The notes under the pieces: generated by a model
What the model saw: the letters and a program-made list of their open reading frames with translations, nothing else
Databases searched by the model: none
What the model was told of the DNA's origin: nothing
Origin: an uncultured delta proteobacterium
GTDB lineage: Bacteria; Myxococcota_A; Polyangia; Polyangiales; JAFGIB01
DNA length: 64,000 bases
Reading direction: 5' to 3'
NCBI GenBank assembly: GCA_963778655.1
Contig: CAVZVA010000003.1
Location: forward strand, 384,001 to 448,000
In this document: piece after piece, positions 21,653-31,473 of the stretch
How positions within the stretch are numbered: position 1 is the first letter of the stretch
Layout: every line of letters starts with the position of its first letter
Made by a program: the position numbers and the translations under genes

Positions 21653-23107
21653 GTGGAAAGCGCCGAAACGAGCTCGTTCGAGCCTGCGAGTCACGTACAA
21701 GCCGAAGCCGCGCTGCACGCGCTGTGGCGCGACGCGGGGCTCGGGCCGAAAGCGCTCGAGCGCGTGCAGCTGAGCGGAGCCGAGCCGGTGCTGCGCTCCT
21801 CGTTCGCGGTCGGCGTGGCGGCGCAGGCGAGCATCGCGGCCGCGGCGCTGGCCGCGACCGAGGTGCACCGCGAGCGCAGCGGCGTGGCGCAAACGCTGCG
21901 GGTCGACATGCGCGCCGCGGCGCTGGAGTGCCTGGGTTATTTCTCGCTCGACGGCCAGGTGCCGCGCGGGTTCGAGAAGCTCTCCGGGCTGTACCCGTGC
22001 GGCGGGGCGGCGGCGCCCGGTTTCGTGCGCATCCACGCCAACTTCGCGCACCATCGCGACCGGGCGCTGCGCCTGCTGGGGCTGCGCGAGGGCGAGCAGA
22101 CCGAGCGCGGCGAGGTCGAGGCCGCGCTGCAGAGCTGGAGCGCCGAGGACTTCGAGCACGCGGCCGCCGAGGCCGGCGCCGTGGTGGCTGCGCTGCGCAG
22201 CTTCGCGCAGTGGGACACGCACCCGCAGCGCGACGCGGTCGCCGCCGAGCCGCTGGTGGCGATCGACGCGATCGGCCCGGGCGATCCGCTGCCGCTGCCG
22301 GTGCAAGAAGCCAGCGAAGCGCCGCTGGCCGCGATCGGGGTGCTCGACTTGACCCGCATCCTCGCCGGACCGATCGCCGGTCGCACGCTGGCCGCGTACG
22401 GCGCGGACGTGATGCTGCTCAACGCGCCGCATTTGCCCAACATCGCGGCGATCGCCGACACCAGCCGGGGCAAGCTCTCGGCGCACGTCGACCTGCACAG
22501 CGAGCGGGACCGGGCCGCGCTCGATCGGCTGATCGCCGGCGCGCGGGTGTTCGTGCAGGGCTATCGGCCCGGCGCGCTGGCCGGCCTGGGCTATGGGCCC
22601 GCTGAGCTGGCCGAACGCCGCCCCGGTATCGTCTACGTCTCGTTGACGACCTACGGTGAGCGCGGCCCGTGGGCGGCCCGCCGCGGCTTCGACTCGCTGG
22701 TGCAGACCGCGACCGGCTTCAACGCCGCCGAGGGCGAAGCGCTGGGCGCGGGCCGGCCGCGCGCCTTGCCCGCGCCGATCCTCGACTGCGCCTCGGGCTT
22801 TCTGCTCGCGTTCGGCGTGCAGGCGGCCTTGCTGCGCCAGGGACGCGAGGGCGGGAGCTGGCACGTGCGCGTGTCGCTCGCGCGCACCGCACACTGGCTG
22901 CGCAGCCTGGGCCGCGTCTGCGGCGACGAGCGCGTGGAGCGCGCCGACCTCGCCGCCCGCAGCCAGCGCTACGCCTCGGGCTTCGGCGCGTTGCGCGCGC
23001 TACCGCACGCGGCCCAGCTCTCGCTGACGCCGGCCGAGTGGACCCGCCCTTCCATGCCGCCCGGCTCGCACCCTGCGGCCTGGCCGCCCGCCGACAGCGT
23101 GGCCTGA
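21653..23107 (+). CDS. CaiB/BaiF family CoA-transferase
   Basis: VLDLTRILAGP, RGKLS, QGYRPG, RRGFDSLVQ; GTG start uncertain. Confidence 0.85.
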   Translation: MESAETSSFEPASHVQAEAALHALWRDAGLGPKALERVQLSGAEPVLRSSFAVGVAAQASIAAAALAATEVHRERSGVAQTLRVDMRAAALECLGYFSLDGQVPRGFEKLSGLYPCGGAAAPGFVRIHANFAHHRDRALRLLGLREGEQTERGEVEAALQSWSAEDFEHAAAEAGAVVAALRSFAQWDTHPQRDAVAAEPLVAIDAIGPGDPLPLPVQEASEAPLAAIGVLDLTRILAGPIAGRTLAAYGADVMLLNAPHLPNIAAIADTSRGKLSAHVDLHSERDRAALDRLIAGARVFVQGYRPGALAGLGYGPAELAERRPGIVYVSLTTYGERGPWAARRGFDSLVQTATGFNAAEGEALGAGRPRALPAPILDCASGFLLAFGVQAALLRQGREGGSWHVRVSLARTAHWLRSLGRVCGDERVERADLAARSQRYASGFGALRALPHAAQLSLTPAEWTRPSMPPGSHPAAWPPADSVA

Positions 23108-23220
23108 CAGCGCCGCGCGCAGGAGGCACGACCGGTCGTGCGCCCGAGCTTGCCTCGGCCTCGGGCGGCTGGAAAGCTTGGCGTTCCTCACGAGCCCCTT
23201 GGAGCCATGCGAGGACGACC

Positions 23221-23616
23221 ATGCACCGGAGCCGACTTGCCACCATCGTGATCGATTGCGCTGCCGACGAGCACGCGCAGGGCGTGGAGTTCTGGAGCGC
23301 GGCGCTCGGCCGCGAAGCGATTCCCGATGAAGACACGCGCTATGTGTCGCTGCGCGGTCGCGTCGGCGGCGACGGCGGGCCCTACGTGCTGCTGCAAGCG
23401 GTGCCGCCCGTCGAGCGCGCAGTGCACCTGGACATCGAGACCGACGACGTCGAGCGTGAGGTCGCGCGTCTGGAGCGCCTCGGCGCACGCGTCAAAGCGC
23501 GGATCCGCCAGCACGTGGTGATGCTGGCCCCGTCGGGCCATGCGTTCTGTGTGGTGCCCGTGTACCGGCCCGACTTTCCGGCCAAGGCCACCAGCTGGGA
23601 CGACCCCGAGGACTGA
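23221..23616 (+). CDS. VOC/glyoxalase family protein
   Basis: IVIDC, FWSAALG, VHLDIETDD, PSGHAFCVV. Confidence 0.85.
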   Translation: MHRSRLATIVIDCAADEHAQGVEFWSAALGREAIPDEDTRYVSLRGRVGGDGGPYVLLQAVPPVERAVHLDIETDDVEREVARLERLGARVKARIRQHVVMLAPSGHAFCVVPVYRPDFPAKATSWDDPED

Positions 23617-23851
23617 CGCGCGCACGCCCCGGCCGCTCGATCCCCAACTATTGCCGGCCTGTGCAAACCGGACAGGATCGGCCGCGTGCGCCACACAACA
23701 CGCCATACAAGCCCCAGCTTTTTGCCCAATCACCGCCAAGTTGTTGCCCGAGACGACGCCGCCAAACGCCCGTAGGACTGCACTGTGTGTGTTGGTGCGC
23801 GGGCGCGCGCCGTCGCAAGACGGACGGGCTCGGCTCGGGAGGTTTTCGGCA

Positions 23852-24844
23852 ATGGGACGCAACAATCGTGGGTCGATCGCGTTGGGAATGCTGCTCGGCC
23901 TCACGCTCGCCGTGAGTGGCTGCGCACAAAAGGGGAGCTCGAACGGGAGTCCAGGCGCGGGCGGCGCCCAGCAGGCCGCGGGGCCCAGCGGCGCGGGCCC
24001 GGCGGGGACCGCGGGGACGCAGAGCGCGCCAGCCGCGGGCGGCAATACGAACCCCGACGGCGCCGGCGGCGGCTCGCCTGCAGCCTCAGCCGCAGGCGGC
24101 GCCGGTGCGGGCAGCGGCAGCAGTCAGCCCGCTGCGGACGGCTCGGGCGAGATGAGCAGCGCCGGCGCGGCCGCGCCCGCGGTGGACGGCGGTGCCGCGC
24201 CCGCAGGCGACGGCGGAGCCACGGCGAGCAGCGACGGCGGCACCCCGCCCGCGCACGGCGACCTCGGCAAGGGCGACGGCAGCGACGTCATCACCATCGG
24301 CGATTCCTGGATGCAGATCGCCACCAACGGCGGCGGCATCGAGGGCGGGCTCGATCGCGCCGGGACCAGCTACCGCCACTACGCGATCCCAGGCACCACC
24401 CTGATCAACGGCGACATTCCGGCCCAGTACGACCGCGCCAAGGCGGCAAACCCGAACATCGCCACCGTGATCATGACCGGCGGCGGTAACGACATCATGT
24501 TCACCGGCGGCTGCAACACCAAGGACGCCTGCACCATGAGCGTCCAGATGATCGTGGATGCGCTCGATCAGCTCTGGAGCACGATGGCCGACGACGGGGT
24601 CAAGGACGTGTTCTTCATCGATTACAGCAAGTACGCAGGCACCGCGCCCGCAGACACGCGTCCCGATACCGCACCGACCCCGCCGGTCTGCCTCAGCGGC
24701 CGCATCACCTGCCACTCGATCAACACCGACGATCTGGTGGGGCCCACCGACACCGTCGACGGGATTCACCCGACGCTGCCTGCCTGCGACGCCATCGCCA
24801 AGCGCACGCTGGACCTGATGGAGATGACGGGCGCGCGGCGCTAG
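23852..24844 (+). CDS. SGNH/GDSL hydrolase lipoprotein
   Basis: VSGC lipobox, Gly/Ala linker, IGDSW, GGGND, DGIHP. Confidence 0.85.
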   Translation: MGRNNRGSIALGMLLGLTLAVSGCAQKGSSNGSPGAGGAQQAAGPSGAGPAGTAGTQSAPAAGGNTNPDGAGGGSPAASAAGGAGAGSGSSQPAADGSGEMSSAGAAAPAVDGGAAPAGDGGATASSDGGTPPAHGDLGKGDGSDVITIGDSWMQIATNGGGIEGGLDRAGTSYRHYAIPGTTLINGDIPAQYDRAKAANPNIATVIMTGGGNDIMFTGGCNTKDACTMSVQMIVDALDQLWSTMADDGVKDVFFIDYSKYAGTAPADTRPDTAPTPPVCLSGRITCHSINTDDLVGPTDTVDGIHPTLPACDAIAKRTLDLMEMTGARR

Positions 24845-25163
24845 ATATCGGGAGGGTCACGCGACCCTCCCGCCCGTTGGGCAAAGCCCAACGGGTCCCA
24901 CCCTCCTGCGGGGTTCGCTGCGCTAGATATCGGGAGGGTCACGCGACCCTCCCGCCCGTTGGGCAAAGCCCAACGGGTCCCACCCTCCTGCGGGGTTCGC
25001 TGCGCTCACTCGTGGATCGCGGCGCGCGCCTGCGCGTCCGGCTACGCGACCCTCCCGCCCGTTGGGCAAAGCCCAACGGGTCCCACCCTCCTGCGGGGTT
25101 CGCTGCGCTCACTCGTGGATCGCGGCGCGCGCCTGCGCGTCCGGCTACGCGACCCTCCCGCCC
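24841..25163 (+). repeat. Tandem array of a structured repeat (family 1): one 82-bp period then two 103-bp periods
   Basis: Units contain hairpins GGGAGGGTC-ACGC-GACCCTCCC and CCCGTTGGGC-AAA-GCCCAACGGG; exact repeats at 24844/24926 and 24941/25044/25147. Confidence 0.9.
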
Positions 25164-25185
25164 CGCACTGGCGTAGACTCGGGGG

Positions 25186-26247
25186 ATGAAGATCCTCTAC
25201 GGGGTGGTGGGCGAGGGTATGGGCCACGCGATTCGCTCGCGCGTGGTGTTGGACCAGCTGTTCGCCCAGGGGCACCAGGTCGAGATCATGGCCTCGTCGC
25301 GCGCGGCGGACTTCCTCGCCAGGCGCTTTCCCGAGGTCCACCGCATCCACGGCCTGCACATCATCTACGACGAAAACCGCGTGCGCAAAGGCCACACCCT
25401 GTTTTCCAACGTGCTGCAAGGGGCTGCGGCGCTGCCTGGACAGATCCGCTCGTATTTCGACCTGATCGACGACTTCGCGCCGGAGGTGGTGATCAGCGAT
25501 TTCGAGTCCTGGGTCTACTTCTACGCGAAAGCCCACGGGCTACCGATCATCTCCATCGACAACATGCAGATCCTCAACCGCTGCCGTCATTCCGCCGACA
25601 TCACCCGCGGCATTCGCCCCGAGCTCGAGCTGGCGCGGGCGTTCGTGAAGAGCAAGCTTCCGTTCTGCAACCACTACCTGATCACCACGTTCTTCTACCC
25701 GCCGCTGCGGCGCAAACGCACGCAGCTGGTGCCGCCGGTGCTGCGGCCCGAGATCCTGGCGGCGCGGGCCAGCCGCGGCGAGCACCTGCTGGTGTACCAG
25801 ACGGCCGAAGGCCACGGCGCGCTGCCGCAGGTGCTCGCCGGCACCGGGCTCGAATGCCGGATCTACGGCTACCGGCGGGTAGCGCAGGAGGTGGCCGAGG
25901 GCCGGCTGCGCTACCTGCCCTTCGACGAGCAGGCGTTCATCGCCGACCTCGCCTCGGCGCGCGCCGTGATCTCCGGCGGCAGCTTCACCGTGATGAGCGA
26001 GTGCGTCTACCTTCACAAGCCGCTGCTGTCGGTGCCGGTGCACGGCCAGATCGAGCAAGTCGTCAACGCCCGCTACCTGCAGCACGAAGGCTACGGCCGT
26101 ACGGCCGAGCAGATCGACGCCGCCACACTGGCCACGTTCCTGGAAGCGCTGCCCGACTGTGAGCGCAAGCTTCAGGGCTACCAGCAAGACGGCAATCGCG
26201 TGCTGTTCGAGGCCCTGAGCGAGGCGCTCGCGCGCGTGGCCAGCTGA
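25186..26247 (+). CDS. GT-B glycosyltransferase (MJ1255/VC2487-like)
   Basis: MKILYGVVGEGMGHAIRS, VISDFE, GQIEQ..NA. Confidence 0.85.
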   Translation: MKILYGVVGEGMGHAIRSRVVLDQLFAQGHQVEIMASSRAADFLARRFPEVHRIHGLHIIYDENRVRKGHTLFSNVLQGAAALPGQIRSYFDLIDDFAPEVVISDFESWVYFYAKAHGLPIISIDNMQILNRCRHSADITRGIRPELELARAFVKSKLPFCNHYLITTFFYPPLRRKRTQLVPPVLRPEILAARASRGEHLLVYQTAEGHGALPQVLAGTGLECRIYGYRRVAQEVAEGRLRYLPFDEQAFIADLASARAVISGGSFTVMSECVYLHKPLLSVPVHGQIEQVVNARYLQHEGYGRTAEQIDAATLATFLEALPDCERKLQGYQQDGNRVLFEALSEALARVAS

Positions 26248-26429
26248 GCTGCGCCCGTTTGCGCCCCTGCAAACGCTCGCGCCCGTAGTGCGTCGCTCGC
26301 GAGAACGCAGCTGAAAGCACGCCTGGCTCGCCCGCGTCCGTGGAGCGCCCGGCGGCGTCCAGGAGAAGGCGCGCCTTCGGCCGACGCGCCGACGGCCCGG
26401 GAGTCTGCGTGCTCGGTAAGCCTCCGGCC

Positions 26430-26624
26430 TCAGTGCTCTGCATCTCCCTCTTCGATCTTCCTGATGACCGTTGCGATGGTGGCTGCGTCGAGGCGCGCTC
26501 TCCTCATCAAGCTCGCGACACGCCGCACGTCGTCGGAGTCGATGGCATCGAAGAACTCCTCGACTTTGCCGATCGCCGCCAATTGCTCGAGCACGAGCGT
26601 GCCCTCGAAGTCGGTTTCGTCCAT
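26430..26624 (-). CDS. Small acidic hypothetical protein
   Basis: GAGGTG RBS, GC3-rich codons, 64 aa. Confidence 0.65.
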   Translation of the reverse strand: MDETDFEGTLVLEQLAAIGKVEEFFDAIDSDDVRRVASLMRRARLDAATIATVIRKIEEGDAEH

Positions 26625-26674
26625 CCATCACCTCGCTCGGGCCGCTTCGCTCGGAGCACAGCGGCGGTGCCGGC

Positions 26675-27150
26675 TCAGGGAAGCGGCTCTCGCCCCCAGC
26701 CGACGTCCAGAAAGCCCGCAAACGCTTGACCGAACGCGTCCGGTAGCTCGTCGCGCACGAGCAACGCGTAGCTCGGCCCGCAACCCTCTCGAACGAAGAT
26801 CCACGGCGGCACGAAGTCTATATCCGGTGGCGCCGACGCGGTGGCCACGCGCAGCCCGCGCAACCTGGTCGCGTCCTCGCCCTCGAAGCGAGCGCCGCCG
26901 AGGTCGGTGACGCTCTGGGCGATCAGTCCCCCAATCCGGCCCATCGATCGAGACAGTGGCCAGGTTTCTACGACTTGGGCTTGCTTGAGCCAACTGGGAT
27001 CGTTGTCCTTGTAGACCGGCGCACGCGGGAACGCGAGCGCGCGCACCGGTCCCTGCAGCGGAGTGCCGGATGCGTTGTAAAAGAAGTGGTCGTCGTCCTC
27101 GGCGGTATGGTCCGCGTTGTGCCCCGCAGCGGCAGCGGCGATCCAAAGCA
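26675..27150 (-). pseudogene. Probable 3' gene remnant, unknown family
   Basis: Coding-like frame (…WPLSRS…GARFEGEDATRLRGLR…YALLVRDELP) without a convincing start; 5' boundary approximate. Confidence 0.35.
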
Positions 27151-27268
27151 AGCGGCTCGAGACTGACGGCAGCAGAAACCGAGGCACTCCCTCGCCAATC
27201 CACCTCGGAAACAAGAGATGCGACGCCGTGGATGAAGGATAGCGGCTCGGCCCGCGAATACGTGCAGA

Positions 27269-29815
27269 ATGCACACAGGGAGCAAGCCGTGGCCGCGCAG
27301 GCGTCGCGCGCCATCCCTGGCTGCGGTGCTGCTGACGGCGTGTGCCGCGTGGCCTGGCGCCGCGCTCGTGCAAGCTGAGCCGGAGCTCAGCCCACCCGTG
27401 GCCGAGGGCGGCACCCCCGTGCCGTATCCGCAAGGCGCAAAGGGCGATGCGTCCGTATTGCTCGAGCTGGTCGTAGAAGCGGACGGCAGTGTGTCGAGCG
27501 CCGACGTGGTCGAGGGCGAGCCACCCTTCGCCGAGCAGGCACGCCGGGCGGCGCTCGGGTGGCGCTTCGTCCCGGCGCAGCGCGACCACACCGCGGTCGC
27601 GGCCCGCATTCGCGTGCGCATCGAGCTCCACCAACCACGGCCGACCGGTAGCGACGGCGCGCCCTCCACGGAGCCGGCTCTCGCTCCGGCTCCGGCGACG
27701 CAGCCGGGATCCACGCCCGCAGCGGGGCCGCCAGCCGCCCCCGCGCAACCCGCGGCGCTGGTGCCATCGGCGACCGTGCCACAAGGCGCGGTGGAGCCTG
27801 AGCCCACGTTCGGGGCGATCGCGCGCGAGCACCGGCGCGACCCGGGCCAGACCACGCTCTCGGCTGCCGACGTGCGCGAGCTGCCGGGCGCCTTCGGCGA
27901 TCCTTTCCGCGCGATCGAGCCGTTGCCGGGCGTGATGCCGGTCGTCAGCGGCTTGCCCTACTTCTACGTCCGCGGCGCGCCGCCCAACGACAACGCCTAC
28001 TTCGTCGACGGCGTTCGCGTCCCTTTGCTATTCCACATCGGTATCGGCGAGGGGGTGATCCACCCCAGCCTGATCGATCGCGTCGACTTCTACCCGAGCG
28101 TGGCCCCGGCCGCGTACGGCGGCAGCGCGGGCGCGGTGATCGCTGGACAAACGCGTGCGCCAGCAGCCGTGCCGCACGGCGAGCTGAGTCTGCGCCTGAT
28201 CGACGCCGGAGCGTTGCTCGAGTCGCCGTTCGGCGACAGCCGCGGCAGCGCCCTGGTCGCTGGACGCTACGGCTACCCCGGCCCTATCGTCGGCGCCATC
28301 ACCCCCAGCGTGCGGCTGGGCTACTGGGACTACCAGGCGCGCGCGACCTATCGCGTCGGTGGTCGGGATACACTCGGCATCTTCGCGTTCGGGAGCCACG
28401 ACTACCTCGGCACGGCGCAGACCAACAACGGTCGCACCGGGCCCGTCGTGGAGCAGCTCCGCGCCGACGTCCACCGCATCGACTTGCGCTACGACCGCGC
28501 GCTGACAGACGGCCGCCTGCGCATCGCGGGGACCTTGGGCTACGACGCGCAGGGCGGCGCCGGCGCGGGCGATCAGGCGGCCGTCACCACCGTCACCGAT
28601 CTGTCTGCGGCGCTGCGCTTGGAGCTCGACACGAAGCTGTCGCGTGCGCTGCGCTTGCGTAGCGGCGCCGACGCCCACCTCGACGACTACACCTTCGCGC
28701 AGGGCCAAGCTCCCACCGACCAGGGCGGGACGCCGCAACCGCAGGTCCCGGCGAGCGCGGATCCGCCCCCCGAGAACCTCAGCGCAGGAGCCTACACAGA
28801 CCTGATCTGGCACGTCACGCCGCGGGTGGAGGTGGTGCCGGGCGCGCGCGTCGACGTGTTCGCTTCCACGCGAGCCAACGGCCCCGGCGGAAGCCTGAGG
28901 ACCACGACGGTCCCAGCCTTCGATCCGCGGCTCTCGACGCGCGTGACCGTCACGCCCGCGCTGGCCTGGCTCACGAGCGTCGGGCTTGCGCATCAATACC
29001 CGGCGCTGCGCGTCGGCGCGATCCCCGGGATGCTGGTGTCGGTCCCCGGGTTCCCGCGCGGCGACACGCAGCTGCAGACCGGGGTACAGGCTGCGTCCGG
29101 GCCGGAGCTGGCGCTGCCAGCCGGCTTCACGCTCACCACCACCGGGTTCTTTTCGGCATGGCGCGGCCTCACCGATCTGACCGGAAGCTGCTTGCAGATC
29201 ATGCCGCCGACCACCCCCGCCGCTGGCAGCGACTCGCCGCGGGCGCCTGCGCCCTACGTGTGCCCGGCCGATCAGCCCATCCATGGGCTCGCCTATGGCG
29301 TCGAGCTGCTGCTGCGCAGGTCGCTCTCGAGGCGCCTCAGCGGCTGGTTGTCGTACACGCTGTCGCGCTCTACGCGCCGAGAGCATTTCGTCACGCTCTC
29401 GGGCGGTGACGCTACCGCCACGGTCGCGAGTGACTACGATCGCACCCACGTGCTCAGCGCGATCCTCGCCTACGACCTCGGGCGGGGATGGCGCGCCAGC
29501 GCGAGGTTCGTATTCTTGAGCGGCAATCCCTACTCGGAGCTCGCCGGGAACGTGCCGGTCCCCCCCTACAACGCCCACCGCGACCCGCCCTTCTTCCGGC
29601 TCGACGTGAGGCTCGAGAAACGCTGGGCGCTGGGAGGCGACGGCTACATCGCCCTGATCGTCGAGGGTCAGAACGTGACGCTGAGCAAGCAAGTGACCCC
29701 GTTCGGGATGAGCTGCATGGGGACACAAGGCCCCCAGGGCGGAACGACCCAGTGCCGGCATCCCTCGGTCGGCCCGATCACGATCCCGAGCATCGGGGCC
29801 GAGGCGTCTTTCTGA
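27269..29815 (+). CDS. TonB-dependent receptor with N-terminal TonB-C-like domain
   Basis: WRFVPA TonB-C motif, LPGAFGDPFRAIE.LPGV plug, GWLSYTLSRS, C-terminal Phe; start approximate. Confidence 0.85.
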   Translation: MHTGSKPWPRRRRAPSLAAVLLTACAAWPGAALVQAEPELSPPVAEGGTPVPYPQGAKGDASVLLELVVEADGSVSSADVVEGEPPFAEQARRAALGWRFVPAQRDHTAVAARIRVRIELHQPRPTGSDGAPSTEPALAPAPATQPGSTPAAGPPAAPAQPAALVPSATVPQGAVEPEPTFGAIAREHRRDPGQTTLSAADVRELPGAFGDPFRAIEPLPGVMPVVSGLPYFYVRGAPPNDNAYFVDGVRVPLLFHIGIGEGVIHPSLIDRVDFYPSVAPAAYGGSAGAVIAGQTRAPAAVPHGELSLRLIDAGALLESPFGDSRGSALVAGRYGYPGPIVGAITPSVRLGYWDYQARATYRVGGRDTLGIFAFGSHDYLGTAQTNNGRTGPVVEQLRADVHRIDLRYDRALTDGRLRIAGTLGYDAQGGAGAGDQAAVTTVTDLSAALRLELDTKLSRALRLRSGADAHLDDYTFAQGQAPTDQGGTPQPQVPASADPPPENLSAGAYTDLIWHVTPRVEVVPGARVDVFASTRANGPGGSLRTTTVPAFDPRLSTRVTVTPALAWLTSVGLAHQYPALRVGAIPGMLVSVPGFPRGDTQLQTGVQAASGPELALPAGFTLTTTGFFSAWRGLTDLTGSCLQIMPPTTPAAGSDSPRAPAPYVCPADQPIHGLAYGVELLLRRSLSRRLSGWLSYTLSRSTRREHFVTLSGGDATATVASDYDRTHVLSAILAYDLGRGWRASARFVFLSGNPYSELAGNVPVPPYNAHRDPPFFRLDVRLEKRWALGGDGYIALIVEGQNVTLSKQVTPFGMSCMGTQGPQGGTTQCRHPSVGPITIPSIGAEASF

Positions 29816-29869
29816 GCGCCGCGATGAAGGAATTGGCCTCGCCGAGCGAATGAAGATGACCGCCTTGCC

Positions 29870-30895
29870 ATGACGCACTGGTCCACGCTCGAGCGTCCGC
29901 TCCTCGCAGCCAGCCTCCTGCTGTGCGGGCTGCGACCGGCGCTCGCCGAGCGGCCTTCCTGCTCCCCGCTGGTGATCGAGGCCGACTCCGCGGTGAGCAC
30001 CCGCTGGCCCTAGCTGCTGGGCCAGGTCCGAGCCGCGCTCGACGCGCGCGACGAGATCGATCGCTGCGCCCGCGTCCGCCTGACCTCGCGCGACCCCGTC
30101 CTCAGCGTAGAGGTAGCCCTGCCGGACGGCCGGTCCGCCGTGCGTTCGGTGTCACGCGCCGAGGACGTCGTGCCCACACTCGAGTCGCTGCTGCTTTTGC
30201 CCCGAGACCCGAAGGCGCGGCCCGACGCCGCCGCAGCGGCCTCGCCTCCGCAGCGCCTGCCCGCGGCGAGCACACCCAAGGCGACCGGCGCGCGCGCCAC
30301 TGCACGCGTGGACCGAGGCGCGGCGGAGCGAGCGGGTGCAGATCCGCGATCCCCTGCGGAACCACCAAGCCGTCTCGGAATCGAGCTCTCCGTGCTCGGC
30401 GGCGCGCGGATTGGAGACGGCCAGCGGGGCTTCGGCCTCGGCGCGCTCTCGCTGCTCGACCTGGGCGACTGGCTCGTCGGGTTCGAAGGGCGCACCGATC
30501 GCTACGAATCGATCGCGGGCGGCATGCAAGCAGCAGCGCTCGAGCTCGCCGCGCTCGCAGGACGACGCTTCCCCTTTCGCTGGCTGTCCCTGGACCTCGT
30601 CGCCGGGCCCGCGCTAGCGCTGGGCGGAGAATCGAGAGTCAGCATCGCCGAGGGCAGCCCGCCGAACAACGCGGCCTCGATGCAGACCACGACAACGCGC
30701 AGGGTACCGCGGCTGCTGCTCGGCGCACGCCTGAGCCTGGGCGCGGGCTCCGTCCTGCGCAGCTTCGTCGGCATCGACGGAGAGCTCGGCCCGCGGCGCG
30801 AGCTCGCTCCCGCCGCCAATCCGCCCGAGGCCGGCGCTCGATTGCCGGCGTGGAGCGTGGGGCTCGCCCTGGGCGCCACCATGGGGACCCGATGA
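29870..30895 (+). pseudogene. Secreted/outer-membrane hypothetical protein interrupted by one in-frame TAG (30011-30013)
   Basis: MTHWSTLERPLLAASLLLCGLRPALA signal…RWP*LLGQVRAAL continues in frame into the 30140-30895 ORF. Confidence 0.7.
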
Positions 30896-31473
30896 GCGCA
30901 CGGCGCACAGCCGCCGGGCGTGGGCCGCGGGACGTCCCGCGCGTGTCCGACACCGAGCTCATGCGGCGACTGGCAGCGGGCGAGATCGGCGCCTTGGGCG
31001 AGCTCTACGACCGCTACCACGAGCCGCTCCGACGCTTCGTCGCGCGCGCGACCGCCGATGCCGAAGACGTGGACGACCTGGTGCACTCGACCTTCCTGGA
31101 GGCGGCCAAGAGCGCCGCGCGCTACGACGGGCGCGCGCTGTGCCGGCCGTGGCTGATCGGAATCGCGGCCCAGCTGCTGCGGCGCCGCCACCGGGCGCTA
31201 GGCCGCTTGCTCGCGGTGCTATCCGCGCTGAGCAGCCGCCGCAGCGCGACCCAGGATCCGCAGCCCGCGCTGCAAGCCCGCGGCGACATCGAGCGCGCTC
31301 TGGGCGCGATCAGCGAGGCCAAGCGAGTCGCCTTCCTGATGGCCGAGCTCGAAGGGCTGAGTTGTCCCGAAATCGCCGCGGCGCTGGGGGTGCCTGTCGG
31401 CACGGTCTGGACACGGTTGCACGCGGCTCGTCGCGAGCTGCGGCGCGCGCTCGAGCAGGAGGGCGCGGCATGA
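30892..31473 (+). CDS. ECF RNA polymerase sigma factor
   Basis: ATGA overlap; DDLVHSTFL, WLIGIA, EGLSCPEIAAALGVPVGTVWTRLH. Confidence 0.9.
   Translation: MSARRTAAGRGPRDVPRVSDTELMRRLAAGEIGALGELYDRYHEPLRRFVARATADAEDVDDLVHSTFLEAAKSAARYDGRALCRPWLIGIAAQLLRRRHRALGRLLAVLSALSSRRSATQDPQPALQARGDIERALGAISEAKRVAFLMAELEGLSCPEIAAALGVPVGTVWTRLHAARRELRRALEQEGAA

Noticed and set aside
24890..24925. HDV-like ribozyme or c-di-GMP riboswitch in repeat family 1 (CCC-TCCTGCG-GGG, GGCAAA)
   Set aside because: No P1/P2 pseudoknot partners or catalytic junction could be placed, and the element lies 3' of genes; only short motif resemblance.
24841..25163. CRISPR array
   Set aside because: The segments between repeats are identical rather than unique spacers, units are 82-103 bp, and no cas genes are present.
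30011..30013. Pyrrolysine or recoded TAG
   Set aside because: TAG is a normal stop in many genes here (e.g. 5389, 12602, 24844) and no pyl genes are in the window.
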